From NCBI GenBank assembly GCA_038087875.1, contig JAXLNO010000110.1, positions 558,001 to 622,000 on the forward strand: a stretch of 64,000 nucleotides of DNA, given 5' to 3'. Positions 14,149 through 27,750 of the stretch are shown piece by piece. The notes under the pieces are model-generated. The model saw nothing but the letters and a program-made list of their open reading frames with translations, was not told the DNA's origin and did no database searches. Position numbers and translations under genes: made by a program. The stretch is from Malacoraja senta. Taxonomy: Eukaryota. How positions within the stretch are numbered: position 1 is the first letter of the stretch; each line of letters begins with the position of its first letter.

Positions 14149-15372
14149 GTGAGGGAGCAGGCTTGCTGCGACGCTGCTGCTGACGCTGCGGGGGGGGGAG
14201 GGAGCATTGGAGGGCAGGGGTTAAGGCATTGCAACGACAGGAGCAGAGGGCCTGTCCCACTTGGCGATGTGTGGGGGAGAATAAAATGGGTCAGGGGAGA
14301 ATCAATGTAAGAGGGTGGCTGGATACAAGGAACCACAGATGCTGGTTTACAATACATAGAAACATAGAAAATAGGTGCAGGAGTAGGCCATTCGGCCCCT
14401 CGAACCAGCACCGCCATTCAATATGATCATGGCTGATCATCCAAAATCAGTACCCCGTTTCTGCTTTCTCCCCATATCCCTTGATTCCTTTAACCCTCAG
14501 AGCTAAATCTTACTCTCTCTTGAAAAAATCCAGTGAATTGGCCTCCACTGCCTTCTGTGGCAGAGAATTCCACAGATTCACACAACCCTCTGGGTGAAAA
14601 AGTTTTTCCTCATCTCAGTCCTAAATGGTCTACCCTTTATTCTTAAACTGTGACCCCTGGTTCTGGACTCCCCCAACATCGGGAACATTTTTCCTGCATC
14701 TAGCCTGTCCAATCCCTTGAGAGTTTTATATGTTTCTATAAGAAGCCCTCTCATTCTTCTAAATTCCAATGAATACAAGCCCAGTCGACCCATTCTGTCG
14801 CAAAGTTCAACACAAAGTACTCAGTGGGTCGGGCGGCATCTCTGAAGAACATGGATAGGTGACATTTCGGGTAGAGACCCTTCTGCAGGCTGATTGAGGG
14901 GTGAGGCAGGACAAAGTGTGGCAGGTAAGGGGAATTGTCAAGAAACAGGGAACTGCAGATGCCGGTTTACAAAAAAAGACACAAAGTGCTGGAGTAATTC
15001 GGCGGGGCAGGCAGCATCTCTGGAGTAAAAGGATGGGCAACGTTTCAGGTCGGGACCCTTCTTTAGACAGTTTTTTTTTACAGTCAGATGGTTGGAACAA
15101 ATGCCAGAGATAAGAACAAAAGGTATGAGGCAGGTTTGAAGAGTTGTGGATTAGTTGGAGGTTACTTAAACACGGAGAATTCAACGTTCCTACCGGCGGG
15201 TTCGAAGGATGTTTACAATAGGATATAGTTGGAAAGCTTGGAAAGGTATGTTAACCTAGGGCAGGGCTTACTCAGTAAATGGTAGAGACCTGGGGAGTCT
15301 TGGAGTCATACAGTGTGGAAACAGGCCATTTGGCTCAACTTGCCCACACCGACCAACATGTCCCATTTGGGC

Positions 15373-15675
15373 CGTCACGGTGGCACAGCAGTAGAGTAGA
15401 GCGAATGCAGCGCCGGAGACCCGGGTTCCATCCCGACTACGGGTGCCGTCTGTACGGAGTTTGTACGTTCTCCCCGTGACCTGCGTGGGTTTTCTCCGAG
15501 ATCTTCGGTTTCCTCCCACACTCCAAAGACGTGCAGATTTGTAGGTTAATTGGCTTGGTAAATGTAAAAATTGTCCGTAGTGGGTGTAGGATAGTGTTAA
15601 TGTGCGGGGATTGGTGCGGGGATGTGTGGGCCGAAGGGCCTGTTTCCGCGCTGCATCTCTAAACTGAACTAAATC
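15373..15675 (+). mobile_element. HE1-like V-SINE (others nearby at about 8878, 13333, 15990, 16660, 18913 and 22255)
   Basis: Full head, V domain and tail structure. Confidence 0.85.
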
Positions 15676-17453
15676 TGCACTAGTCCCACTTGCCTGTGTT
15701 GGCCCATATCCCCCCAAACCCCTCCAATCCATGTACCTGTCTAACGTTGCGACAGTCACTGCTTCAACTACCTCTTCCAGTAGCTCGTTCCATACGCCCA
15801 TCATCCTATGTGTGAAAAAGTTACCCCTCAGATTCCTTTAAAATCTTTCCCAGTTCACCTTAAACCTAATCTAGTTATCGATTCCCCTACTCTGGGCAAG
15901 AGACTCTGTGCGTCTACCCGATCTACTCCTCTCATGATTTTACACATCGCGATATGAGATATATGGGTTTTGTTTCTCCAATCATAGGATGGCACGGTGG
16001 CGCAGCGGGTAGAGCTGTTGCCTCACAGCGCCAGAGACCCGGGTTCGATCCTGACCTCGGAGTTTGCACGTTCTCCCCGTGAACCGCATGGGTTGCCTCC
16101 GGGTGCTCTGGATTCCTCCCGCGTCCCAAAGACGTGCCCGTGCGGGTTTGTGGGTCGATCGGCTCCTCTGTAAATTGCCCCCTTGTGTGTAGGGAGTGGA
16201 TGGGAAAGTGGGATAACGTGGAACTAGTATGTGGACGGGCGATCTCTGGTTGGCGTGGACTCGGTGGGCCGAAAGGCCTGTTTCCATGTATCTCTACATT
16301 AAACTGAAATAGAGGGGAGGGTGCGGATGGGGGCAGTGATTTGGTGATGGGGAGAGACTGGCCCAGATTGCCTGTCTCCACACTGAATCTCTAAACTAAC
16401 CATTGATTGAAGATAGACACATTGTGGAATTCGTTGCCACAGACAGCTGTGGAGGATGTCAATGGATATTTTAAAGTTGGAGATTGACAGATTCTTGATT
16501 ACTGCGGGCGTCAGGGGTTATGGGGAGAAGGTATGGGGTTTGGAGGGAGAGATAGATCAGCCATGATTGAATGGCAGAGTAGACTTGATGGGCCGAATGG
16601 TCTAATTCTGCTCCTAGAACTTATGACACAAAATGCTGGAGTAACTCAGCAAGCCAGGGCAGCACGGTGGCGCAGCGGTAGAGTTGCTGCCTCACAGCCC
16701 CGGGGACCCAGGTTCGATCCTGACTACGGGTGGATGGGTGACCTGCGTGGGTTGCTCCGGGATCTCCGGTTTCCTCCCACACTCCAAAGACATACAGGTT
16801 TGTAGGTTAATTGGCTTTGGTAAAGCTTGTATATTGTCCCTAGTGGGGTGTGTAGGATAGGTGTTCGTGTGCGGGGATCGCTGGTCGGTGCGGACTCGGC
16901 GAGTCAAAGGGGCCTGTTTCTGCGCCGTATCTCTAAAACTAGACTAAATCTCTGGTGAAGGGGAAACTTAGAAACATAGAAAATAGGTTCAGGAATAGCC
17001 ATTCAGCCCTTTCGAGCCAGCACTGTGGTCATTCAATGTGGTCATGGCTGATCATCCAAAATCAGCACCCCGTTTCCTGCTTTTTCCCCATCCTTGGATT
17101 CCGTTAGCCCTTCGAGCTAAATCTAACTCTCTCCAGAAAACATCCAGTGAATTGGTCTCCACTGCCTTCTGTGGCAAAGAATTCCACAGATTCACAATTC
17201 TCTGCGTGAAAATGTTTTCCCTCATCTCAGTCCAAAATGGCCGACCCCTTATTTTTAAACTGTGACTGACCCCTGGTTCTGGACTCCCCCCAACACGGGG
17301 GACATTATTGCTGCATAGGGTAGACAAAAATGCTGGAGAAACTCAGCAGGGTGAGGCAGCATCTATGGAGCGAAGGAATGGATGACGTTTCGGGTGGAGA
17401 CCCTTCGTCGGAATAGGTGACGTTTCGGGTCGCGACCCTTCTTCATCTTCTAA

Positions 17454-17627
<174 letters not shown>

Positions 17628-18584
17628 TAGGTATACACATACACATGTATACATATAGGTATATATATACACACATATATACAGGTATACGCATACACAT
17701 GTATACATATAGGTATACATATATATAGAAATGTAGAAAATAGGTGCAGGAGGAGGCCGTTTGGCCCTTCGAGGCTGATCATCCACAATCAGTAACCCGT
17801 GCCTGCCTTCTCCCCATATCCCTTGATTCCGCTAGCCCTAGAGCTCCACGTAACTATCTTTTAAATTCATCCAGTGAATTGGCCTCCACTGCGACAGGTG
17901 ATTCCGTTAGTCCCAAGAGCTCTATCTCTCTCTTGAAAACATCCAGTGAATTGGCCTCCACTGCCCTCTGTGGCAGGGAATTCCACAAATTCACAACTCT
18001 CTGGGTGAAAAAGCCCCTGGTTCTGGACTCCCCCAACATCGGGAACATTTTTCCTGCATTTAACTTGTCCAGTCCTTTTTATAATGTTATTACATTTCTA
18101 TAAGATCCCCTCTCATCCAAATTCCAGTGAATACAAGCCCAATCTTTCCAATCTTTCCTCATATGACAGGAAGCTAACTTGATGGGCCGAATGGCCTAAG
18201 TCTACTCCTGTACACTATGACCCTTATGATTGCAATCAATGCATTTACAATTAACCTATATACTGTAATTGCATTGATTGTAATCAGAAGGTCACAAATG
18301 GGGGGGCCCATCAAGTCTACTCCGCCATTCAATCATGGCCGATCTATCTCTCCCTCCTAACCCCGTTCTCCTGCCTTCTCCCCATAACCTCTGGCACCCA
18401 TACTAATCAAGAACCTCTCTATCTCTGCCTTAAAAATATCCACTGACTTGGCCTCCACAGCCGTCTGTGGCAATGAGTTCCACAGATTCACCACCCTGGT
18501 GAATTGTCTATCTGCTGACTGGTTAGCACGCTACAAAAGCTTTTCACTGTACCTCGGTACACGTGACAATAAACAAAACTGAAA

Positions 18585-19385
18585 CTCAGTCTGCCAAAAC
18601 TTACCTGATCTCCCAGGTACTACCTGATCACTTTAATCCCCCCTCCCATTCCCACACTGACCTTTCTGTCCTGGGTCTTCTCCACTGCCGGCACAAATCG
18701 GAGGATCAGCACCTCATATTCCGCGTGGGCAGCTTACACCCCAGCGGTATGAATATTGACTTCTCGAACTTCAACTAACCCTTGCTTTCCCTCTCTCTCC
18801 ATCCCACCCCCTTCCTAGTTCTCCAACCAGTCTGACTGCCCCCCTGATTAAATGTTCTCTCTGTATGCTTCGTTATTACCTTATCCTTGCGAACAATAAT
18901 CTATTGTGGGGAGGTCACGGTGGCGCTGCTGCCTTACAGTGAATGCAGCGCCGGAGACCCGGGTTCCATCCCGACTACGGGTGCTGTCTGTACGGAGTTT
19001 GTACGATCTCCCCGTGACCTGCGCGGGTTTTTCTCCGTTTCCTCCCACACTCCAAAGACGTACAGGTTTGTAGGTTAATTGGCTTGGTATATGTAAAAAT
19101 TGTCCCTAGTGGATGTAGGATAGTGTTAACGTGCGGGGATCGCTGGTTGGCGCGGACCCGGTGGGCCGAAGGGCCTGTTTCCACGCTATCACTAAACTAA
19201 ACTAAATGATCTATTCCACATTTTTCCTTAATTTACATCCCTTAGATGTCTAATTTTCACACTTCCTTTTCTCTGCGTCTTCCTCTCCCCTGACTGAAAG
19301 GTCTCGACCCTAAATGTCACCCATTCCTTCTATCCAGAGATGCTGCCTGTCCCGCTGAGTTGCTCCAGCATTTTGTGTCTATCAG
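18585..19385 (+). mobile_element. Penelope-like element 3' end interrupted by a V-SINE (18913-19206)
   Basis: HFNPPSHSHTDLSVLGLLH..EDQHLIFRVGSLHPSGMNIDFSNF* (GIY-YIG C-terminus), followed by a pseudo-LTR (pLTR) with a degenerate hammerhead. Confidence 0.75.
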
Positions 19386-21110
19386 CTCAGCCAGTATAGA
19401 ACCAAGCACTGCCCACGAGCTGGTGAATCTGCCATGAACTGGCACTGAGCATTGAGGAGTTGGAAGATGCAGAGAGGAACTGCAGATGCTGGTTTATTAT
19501 GGATAGACACAAAGTGCTGGAGTAACTCAGCAGATCAGGCAGCATCTCTGGAGAAAAAGGTGACATTTCGGGTCATAGAAACATAGAAAATAGGTGCATG
19601 AGTAGGTCATTCGGCCCTTCGAGTCATGGCTGATCATCCAAAATCAGTACCCCATTCCTGCTTTCTCCCCATATCCCTTGATTCCGTTAGCCCTAAGAGC
19701 TATATCTAACTCTTTCTTGAAAACATCCAGTGAATTGGCCTCCACTGCCTTCTGTGGCAGAGAATTCCACAGATTCACAACTCTCTGGCTGAAAAAGTTT
19801 TCCTCATCTCAGTCCTAAATGGCCTACCCTTATTCTTAAACTGTGACCCCTGGTTCTGAAATCCCGCAACATTGGGAAAACATTTTTTCCTGCATCTAAC
19901 CTGTCCAATCCCGTACTCATTTAATATGCTTCTGTAAGATGCCCTCTCATCCTTCTAAATTCCAGTGAATACAAGCCCAGTCGACCCATTCGGAATGTAG
20001 GAGGAGGGAGAGGGGAGAATAGGTACGTCCAGGTTGAGTAGTTGAGGAGATGGACCTTAGCTCAAGACCAGAAATGTACAGATACCTGGATTGGAAAGAC
20101 TTAGAGGAATATTTGCAAATCACAAGCATCTCTGGATGCTTTCAAGAGAGGGTTAGATAGAGCTCTTAAAGATAGTGGAGTCAGGGGGATATGGGGAGAA
20201 GGCAGGAACGGGGTACTGATTGGGGATGATCAGCCATGATCACATAGAATGGCGGTGCTGGCTCGAAGGGCCGAATGGCCTACTCCTGCACCTATTGTCT
20301 ATTGTTTATTGTCTAAATGTCTTTAGTCAGAGGGTGGTGAATCTGTGGAATTTTTTGCCACAGGAGGCCGTCAGTGGATATTTTTAAGGCAGAGATAGAT
20401 AGATTCTTGATTAGTGTTTCGGAAGGAACTGCAGATGCTAGTTTAAATTGAAATAGGCACAAATGCTGGAGTAACTCAGTGGGGCAGGCAGCATCTCTGG
20501 AGAGAAGGAATGGGTGACGTTTTCATGTCGAGACCCTTCTTCAGACTCTTGTCAGAGGTTGCGGGGAGAAGGCAGACGAATGGGGTGAGGAGGGGAGATA
20601 GATCAGCCATGATTGAATGGAGCGGTAGACCCATTCCTTCTCTCCAGAGAAGCTGCCTGTCCCGCTGAGTTACTCCAGCACTTTGCGTTTATCGTCGGAG
20701 TAGGATTTAAGAATAAGGAGTAAGCCATTTTAGAACGGAGACGAGGAAACACTTTTTCTCACAGAGAGTGGTGAGTCTGTGGAATTCTCTGCCTCAGAGG
20801 GCGGTGGAGGCAGGTTCTCCGGATGCTTTCAAGAAAGAGCTAGATAAGGCTCTTAAAAAATAGCGGAGTCAAGGGATATGGGGAGAAGGCAGGAACGGGG
20901 TACTGATTGGGGATGATCAGCCATGATCACATTGAATGGCGGTGCTGGCTCGAAGGGCAGAATGGCCTGCTCCTGCACCTATTGTCTATTGTCTATTCTC
21001 TATTGTCTATGGACTTGATGGGCTGAATGGCCTAATTCTACTGTCCCTTATGAGAGAGGGGATGTAGGGTATATTAACATTGTTTCCCCTTTGTGGCTTT
21101 TCCCTACCAG

Positions 21111-21231
21111 GAATCTACCAGCTCGGCACAAGAAAGGATTGTGAACAAGTTGGCAGACGCCATTCAGTATAAAACTGTCTCTGAACAGTGTTTTGCCCCA
21201 TGCTGGGGGCATCCTTCCCGCCATGCCTTTG
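21111..21231 (+). CDS. TTC24: TTC24-like coding exon 5 (ESTSSAQERIVNKLADAIQYK...)
   Basis: Acceptor tccctaccAG|, strong donor |GTGAGT, helix QERIVNKLADA. Possible extra A in AAAA 21171-21174, which would give KLSLNSVLPHAGGILPAMPL. Confidence 0.8.
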
Positions 21232-22670
21232 GTGAGTAGTTAATCCAGGCGTCACTGGCCATCCGATGAACAATGAGCCCCACCTTGCCATTCGCAACAC
21301 ACTCCTCCATTTCAAAATGGAGCATCCTCTACCAATAGGTCCCACGTAGCGGCCTCCTTGAGGCAGCGCCTCCTGTGGATCATTCCCCCCGTCATTCCTT
21401 CCTTCTCCCGCTCCCGTCCGGCAGAAGGTACAGAAGCTTGAAAGCACGCACCACCACACTCAGGAACAGCTTCTTCCCCTCTGTGATCAGGCTTGTGAAT
21501 GAACGGCCCTTTCCATAAGCTAGGGTACTCTCCGATTCACCTCTACCCCATTGCGGACATTGGACTTTGTCTCTGGAACTGCCAAGAGTCACGAGTGTTT
21601 TATTGTCATGTGTCCCAGGTAGAATAATAAACTTTGTATTTTGCAGCAGCACAACAGAATATGTAAGCATGCGATATGTAAATTGGTGCACTACGATGCT
21701 GAGAACTATCTTTCTGTACTCTGTATCTTCCCCTTTGTCACAGAGTGATACGGCAAAGAATTCCACAGATTCACCACCCTCTGACTAAAGAAATGTCTCC
21801 TCATCTCCTTCCTAAAAGAACTTCCTTTAATTCTGAGGCTGTGGCCTCTAGTCCCAGACTCTCCCACGAATAGAAACATCCTCTCCACATCCACTCTATC
21901 CAGGCCTTTCACTATTCTGTACGTTTCATTCTTCTAAACTCCAGCGAGTACAGGCCTAGTGCCGACAAATGCTCATCATAGGTTAACGTGTGCTAACATG
22001 TGCACACCCTGGGACCTGAGGCTGTTGACTTTCCCCACAGCCGTCACGCCAATGAAGGTAGCTGCATGATACCTTGGCTTTCCATTAATCTTGTCAAAAT
22101 TAATCCCTAGTAAAAACCAGTTCAGTTCAGTTTATTGTCACGTGTACCGAGGTACAGTGAAAAGCGTTTGTTGCGTGCTAACCAGTCAGCAGAAAGACAA
22201 CACATGATTACGATCGAGCCACTTACAGCGTTGTAGATACATGATAACAACCATGGCACACAGTGGCGCAGCGGGTAGAACTGCTGCCTCACAGCGCCAG
22301 AGACCCGGGTTCGATCCTGACCTCGGGTGTGTGGAGTTTTGCACGTTCTCCCGATGACCATGTGGGTTTTCCTCCAGGTGCTCTGCTTTCCTCCCACGTC
22401 CCAAAGACGTGCGGGTCTCAGGTCAATTGGCCCTCTGTAAATTGCCCCCTAGTGTGTGGGAAGTTGTTGAGAAAGTGGGATGACATAGAACTAGTGTGAA
22501 TGGGTAATCGATGGTCAGAATGGACTCGGTGGGCTGAAGGGCTGTTTCCATGCTGTGTCTCTAAAGCAAAAATACACCTTCAGATCTTCTTTGATTTTTA
22601 CCAAAATGCATATCATTACCTCTCCTAGTTTCCTGCTTTTCCCTTTGTTTTTGCTCCTGCTCCTCCCCAG

Positions 22671-22770
22671 GCTCTCCCCATAGGATTCCCCTTATCCCAC
22701 CCTCGGGAAACCCAAGGGGCCCAAGATTCGGCATATCCCACGTTGTTCTTTGTGGGACCATATTTACCCT
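22671..22770 (+). other. Candidate additional TTC24 exon (3' end undefined)
   Basis: Long polypyrimidine tract and ccccAG acceptor at 22669-22670 followed by non-repetitive sequence. No convincing donor or frame found. Confidence 0.25.
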
Positions 22771-23669
22771 GAGCCTCGTGCGACCATTACACTAATGTAC
22801 CGCCATGTAGCCCATTCCAGTCCATGATTCAGCTGGGAATTTAGAGTCATACAGTGTGAAAAGAGGCCCTTCAGCCCAACCTGCCCACACTGGCCAACAT
22901 GCCTCATCTACACCAGGCCCACCTGCCTGCGTTTGGGCCATATCCCTCTAAAACCTGTCCTATCCATATCTAAATGCTTCTTAAACATTGCAATAGTACT
23001 TGCCTCAACTACCTCCTCTGGCAACTCGTTCCATACACCCACCACCCTTTGTGTGAAAAAAAGTTGCCCTTCAGGTTCCTATTAGATCTTTTACCCCTTC
23101 ACCTAAAACCTACGTCCTTTTGTTCTCGATTGCACTACTCTGGGCAAGACACTCTGTGCGTTTACCCGATCTATTCCTCTCATGTTCTTGTACACCTCTA
23201 TAAGATCACCCTCCATCGTCCGGTGCTCCAGGGAGTAGAGTCCCAGCCTACTCAACCTCTCCCTGTAGTTCAGGCCCTCGAGTCCTGGCAACATCCTTGT
23301 AAATCTTCTCTGTGCCCTTTCCAGCTTAACCCAGCGTCTGACTCCGGGAGTGTGTGGACGGACAATGCAGAGCGAACTTCACTCTGTGTATCTGACCCCT
23401 TTTAAAAATTACAAATACTTTTATTCAGAAAACAAAAACAAACATACAAATGGGTAACACGATGAGTTACAGTTTACAACAGACATCAATTTTAAAATAC
23501 AGTGGCAGTTTACTAAACAGCAGTCATCAATTTTAAAATAATGTCATCCTCATCATAGAAACATAGAAAACGTAGAAAATAGGTGCAGGAGGAGGCCATT
23601 CGGCCCTTTGAGCCGTTCATTGTGATCATGGCCGATCGTCCAAAATCAGTCCCCCATTCTGCACATCGG

Positions 23670-24122
23670 CCTCCCGCGGTGACCAGCGTTCACGGAAGGC
23701 CTCCAAAGTCCCCGTGGACACCGCGTGTTCCCTCTCCAGGGAGAGGCAGGCACCGACATAGGCCCGGAGGAGGGGCGGGCAGCCAACTCTGGCGTGACCA
23801 TCGACCGCCCGCTGCCTGGACCCGTGAATGGCCATCTTGGCCAGGCCGACAGGGAGACCCCCCCCCCCCCCCCCGGGCCCTCCCCTCTCTGTACCGGGTG
23901 CCCGAATATCAGGAGCGTGGGGGTAAAATGTAGCCAAAAACTTGAGGAGCAGCCCCTTCAGATAGTCGAACAGGGGCTGCAACCTCTCACACTGCATTGT
24001 AGACGTGGACCACAGTCTCTTCCTCGCCGCAGAAGCGACAGGCAGCTGGCGAGTCCGTGAACCGGCTCAAGTACCTGTTACAAGCCACAGCTCTGTGCAA
24101 CACTCTCCACCCCAGGTCCCGG
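23670..24122 (-). mobile_element. Tx1/L1-clade LINE ORF2 C-terminal fragment
   Basis: LGWRVLHRAVACNRYLSRF..ACRFCGEEETVVHVY..C (CCHC zinc-knuckle region). Confidence 0.75.
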
Positions 24123-24702
24123 GAGTGTGTGAAGGGACAGTGCAGAGCGAGATGTTTCTCTGCATCTTCACCGTATAAACTTATGGCCATTGTACTCCTG
24201 AAGCAGCAATGGCCTCAACTTGCAGTGCACAGTTCCTCGGTGTTTCTAACAATCTCACGGTCCAACAAAGATAGACACAAAAAGCTGGAGTGACTCAGCG
24301 GGACAGACAGCATCTATGGAGAGAAGGAATGGTTCTCTGCAGAGATGCTGCCTGTCCCGCTGAGTTCAGCATTCTGTGTCTATCTTCGGTTTCAAGGTCA
24401 GTTTATTGTCACGTGTACCAATTAAGGTACAGTGAAATTCTAATTACCATAAGGCCATACTAAAAAAAAGCAACAAGAAACACAACTACATAAAAGTTAA
24501 CATAAGCATCCACCACAGTGGATTCCCCACGTTGCTCACTGTGATGGAAGACAGTCCAAGCTTCCTCTGCTGTTCCTTCCAACACATACCTGTAACGAGA
24601 GTCGCCAGCGTTCTCACTCCCAAATGAGGGATAAAAGGTCAAAATACGGGACGGCAATTGGTTGAGCGACTCAGCCGTGGCTGGGTGAATGATGAGTTGG
24701 CC

Positions 24703-24902
24703 NNNNNNNNNNNNNNNNNNNNNNNNNNNNNNNNNNNNNNNNNNNNNNNNNNNNNNNNNNNNNNNNNNNNNNNNNNNNNNNNNNNNNNNNNNNNNNNNNN
24801 NNNNNNNNNNNNNNNNNNNNNNNNNNNNNNNNNNNNNNNNNNNNNNNNNNNNNNNNNNNNNNNNNNNNNNNNNNNNNNNNNNNNNNNNNNNNNNNNNNNN
24901 NN
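24703..24902. other. Assembly gap (200 N) inside a TTC24 intron
   Basis: N run. Confidence 1.
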
Positions 24903-25366
24903 AATGTAGTCGGAGACAGTAAGACTAGTGGGAGAACTGGGAAGGGGCTGGAGAGGGAAAGCAAGGGCTATCTGAAGTTAGAGAAGTTAATGTTCATACC
25001 GCTGGGGTGTAAACTACCCAAGCAAAATATGAGGTGCTGTTCCTCCAATTTGCGCTGGGCCTCACTCTGACGATGGAGGAGGCCCAGGACAGAAAGGTCA
25101 GATTGGGAATGGGAGGGGGAGTTGAAGTGCTGAGCTACCGGGAGATCAGGTAGGTTTAGGCGGACTGAGCGGAGGTGTTCAGCGAAACGATCGCCGAGCC
25201 TGCGCTTTGTCTCGCCGATGTAGAGAAGTTGACACCTGGAACAGCGGATGCAGTAGATGAGGTTGGAGGAGGTGCAGGTGAACCTCTGCCTCACCTGGAA
25301 AGACTGTTTGAGTCCTTGGATGGAGTCGAGGGGGGAGGTAAAGGGACAGGTGTTGCATCTCCTGCG
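24903..25366 (-). mobile_element. Penelope-like retroelement, GIY-YIG endonuclease domain
   Basis: FTCTSSNLIYCIRCSRCQLLYIGETKRRLGDRFAEH...VAQHFN...KLEEQHLIF..GMN. Confidence 0.9.
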
Positions 25367-25969
25367 GTTCAAAGATGCATTCCACACCCCGCGCTGCCCA
25401 ACGGTCCCGGAAATCCCCCAGGACAGCGCGTTGTCCCTCTCTATCGCCACCCGTGCGCGGACATAAGCCCGGAAAAGACCCAGGCAGCCAGGCACCGTGG
25501 GCGCCGTGACTCGGACAGCTTGGCCAGGCCTTTACCGTCTGTTACTGCCGCCCCCTCCCTCCCTGATGCCCACCAGTCTGTGCAAGGCTGCCCGTGACTG
25601 TGTGGGCCACAGCTCAGTGCCAGCCCGCCTGTGGTGCAGTAACACGCTGGGTCCTGAAAGGGAGTGCTCAGTCCGTGATCCTCAGATACACACAAAATGC
25701 AGGAGTAACTCAGCGGGACAGGCAGCATCTCAGGAGAGAAGGAATGGGTGACGTTTCGGGTGGAGACCCTTCTTCAGACTGACCGCCAACATCACCTACT
25801 CTCCATCCCACCAGAGATGCTGCCTGTCCCGCTGAGTTACTCCAGCATTTTGTGTCTATCTTTGGTTTAAACCAGCATCTGCAGTTCGTTCCTACACTGT
25901 CCTTGATCCCTGTCACCTGTTGATGTATAATCAGAATGGCCCAGGCTGGTGAAGTGAGAGGACTCGCAT

Positions 25970-27750
25970 TTTGGGGCCAGTAGATGGGTTAACTGGATAT
26001 TGGGCCCAGTGGTGCAGCACACTGGATATTGGGTCCAGTGTTGCCGTACACTGGATATTGGGCCCAGTGGTGCCATACACTGGATACTGGGCCCAGTGGT
26101 GCAGTACACTGGATATTGGGCCCAGTGGATGGGTACACTGGACATTGGGGCCAGTGAACACATTGGATATTGGGACCAGTGGATATGTACACTGGATATT
26201 GGGCCCAGTGGAGGGGTTCAGTTTAATTTATTGTCACGTGTACCGAGGTACAGTGAAAAGCCTTTGTTTCTGTCGCGTGCTAACCAGTCAGCAGAAAGAC
26301 AACACATGATCACAATCGAGCCATTTACCGTGTATAGGTACATGATAAGGGAATAACGTTTAATAACGTTAAGGGAATGATAAGGGAATAACGTTTTCAA
26401 GCCAGCAAAGTCTGATCAAGGATAGGCCGAGGGTCACCAAAGAGGTCGATGGTAGTTCAGCACTGCTCGCTGAATACTGAATATTGGGGCCAGTGGAGGC
26501 GCACACTGGATATTGGGGCCAGTAGAATTGAATGCTATTTATTGTCATTCAAACCTAGGCTTGAACGAAATATCATTACTACAGTTTTTTTACATTACAA
26601 AAAAAAAACAAGACCCACACTTAACACAGTTTACATAAACATCCATCACAGTGAGTCTCCAACACCTCCTCACTGTGATGGAAGGCAAAGTCTTATCTCT
26701 TCCCTTTATTCTTCACCCGCGGTCCAGCAGTCCAACTGCAGCGTCTAGGCGAACTGGGGCTCCGGTGTTAAAGCCCCCGGCGGACGATGGTAAGTCCCGT
26801 GGCCATTTAGCCACGCCGGGGCGATGTTAGGCCCTGGCTCCGTGTCCTTTAAACCCCGCGGTTCAAGCAGTCCAACCCGCAGTCCAACTGCAGCGTCTAG
26901 GTGAACTGGGGCTCCGATGTTAGAGCCCCTGGCAGACGATGGTAAGTCCCGTGGCCGCTAACCCGCGCCGGGCGATGTTAGGCCTCGTTCCGTGTCCTTT
27001 AAACCTCGCTATTCCAGCGGGAGAAGTTGCCGTTGCGGGAGCTCCGAAAAGCCGTCTCCCACCAGGGACCTGGAGCTCCCGATGTTCCTGTCCACCGGGC
27101 TCGCAGCCGGAGCTTCCGAAACTCCAAAGTCGGGTCGCAGCCGAGCGCCACCACAGCTCTCCCCGCTCCAAAGTCGGCCAGCTCCGCGATGTCAGGTCCC
27201 AGGCTCCGCGACTGGAGCCCTCAGGACAGTCCCAGCCGGAGGCCGCCGCCGGCTCCACAATGTTAGGCCCAACGACATCGGAGATCCGACAGGGAAAAAG
27301 TCGGGTCCCCGTACAGGGAAGAGATTAACGGTTTCCCCAACATCCCCCCCCTCCACCCCCCACATATACACAGCTAAAAAAAACTTTTAAAAAACTAAGC
27401 TCAAGACATACATTTAACAAGATAAAAATTTTAAAAATATATATAATTTTTAAAAAGACGGACGACTGTAGTTGAGCCGCTGCCGTTAGGCACCGCCACT
27501 CCCACTCCCTGGGGTACTCTGGATGTTGGGGCCAGTAAGTGGGGTACACTGGATATTGGGGCCAGTAAATGGGTTTCACTGGATATTGGGGGCACAGTGG
27601 AGAGGGTCTGGATACTGGAGCCAGTGGAAGGCACTGGATATTTGGGCCTGTGGATGCACTGGATTTTTGGGGCCAGTGAATGGCTACATTGGATTTTGGG
27701 GCCAGGGTGCACTGGATATTGGGGCCTGTAGGTGGGATATACATGGGGCA
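25970..27750. repeat. 29-bp palindromic minisatellite (CACTGGATATTGGGCCCAGTG plus about 8 variable nt), split by retroelement insertions
   Basis: 8 units at 25992-26210, more at 26475-26525 and 27510-27750. Confidence 0.85.
26525..27505 (-). mobile_element. Unclassified non-autonomous non-LTR retroelement (family also at 38995-39720, 53860-54235, 61306-61610, 11310-11455 and 24390-24560)
   Basis: Shared 5' end, GC-rich body and 3' end (CCTTCCATCACAGTGAG...GGATGTTTATGT...AATAAA plus a short tandem tail); no convincing ORF. Confidence 0.6.

Noticed and set aside
15373..15445. tRNA genes at GGTGGCGCAGCGGTAGAG...GGGTTC motifs
   Set aside because: They are SINE heads, always followed by the V domain and LINE tail, with no proper acceptor stem.
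25970..26215. CRISPR-like array
   Set aside because: Spacers are only about 8 nt and related to each other, there are no cas genes, and the context is a eukaryotic intron; it is a minisatellite.
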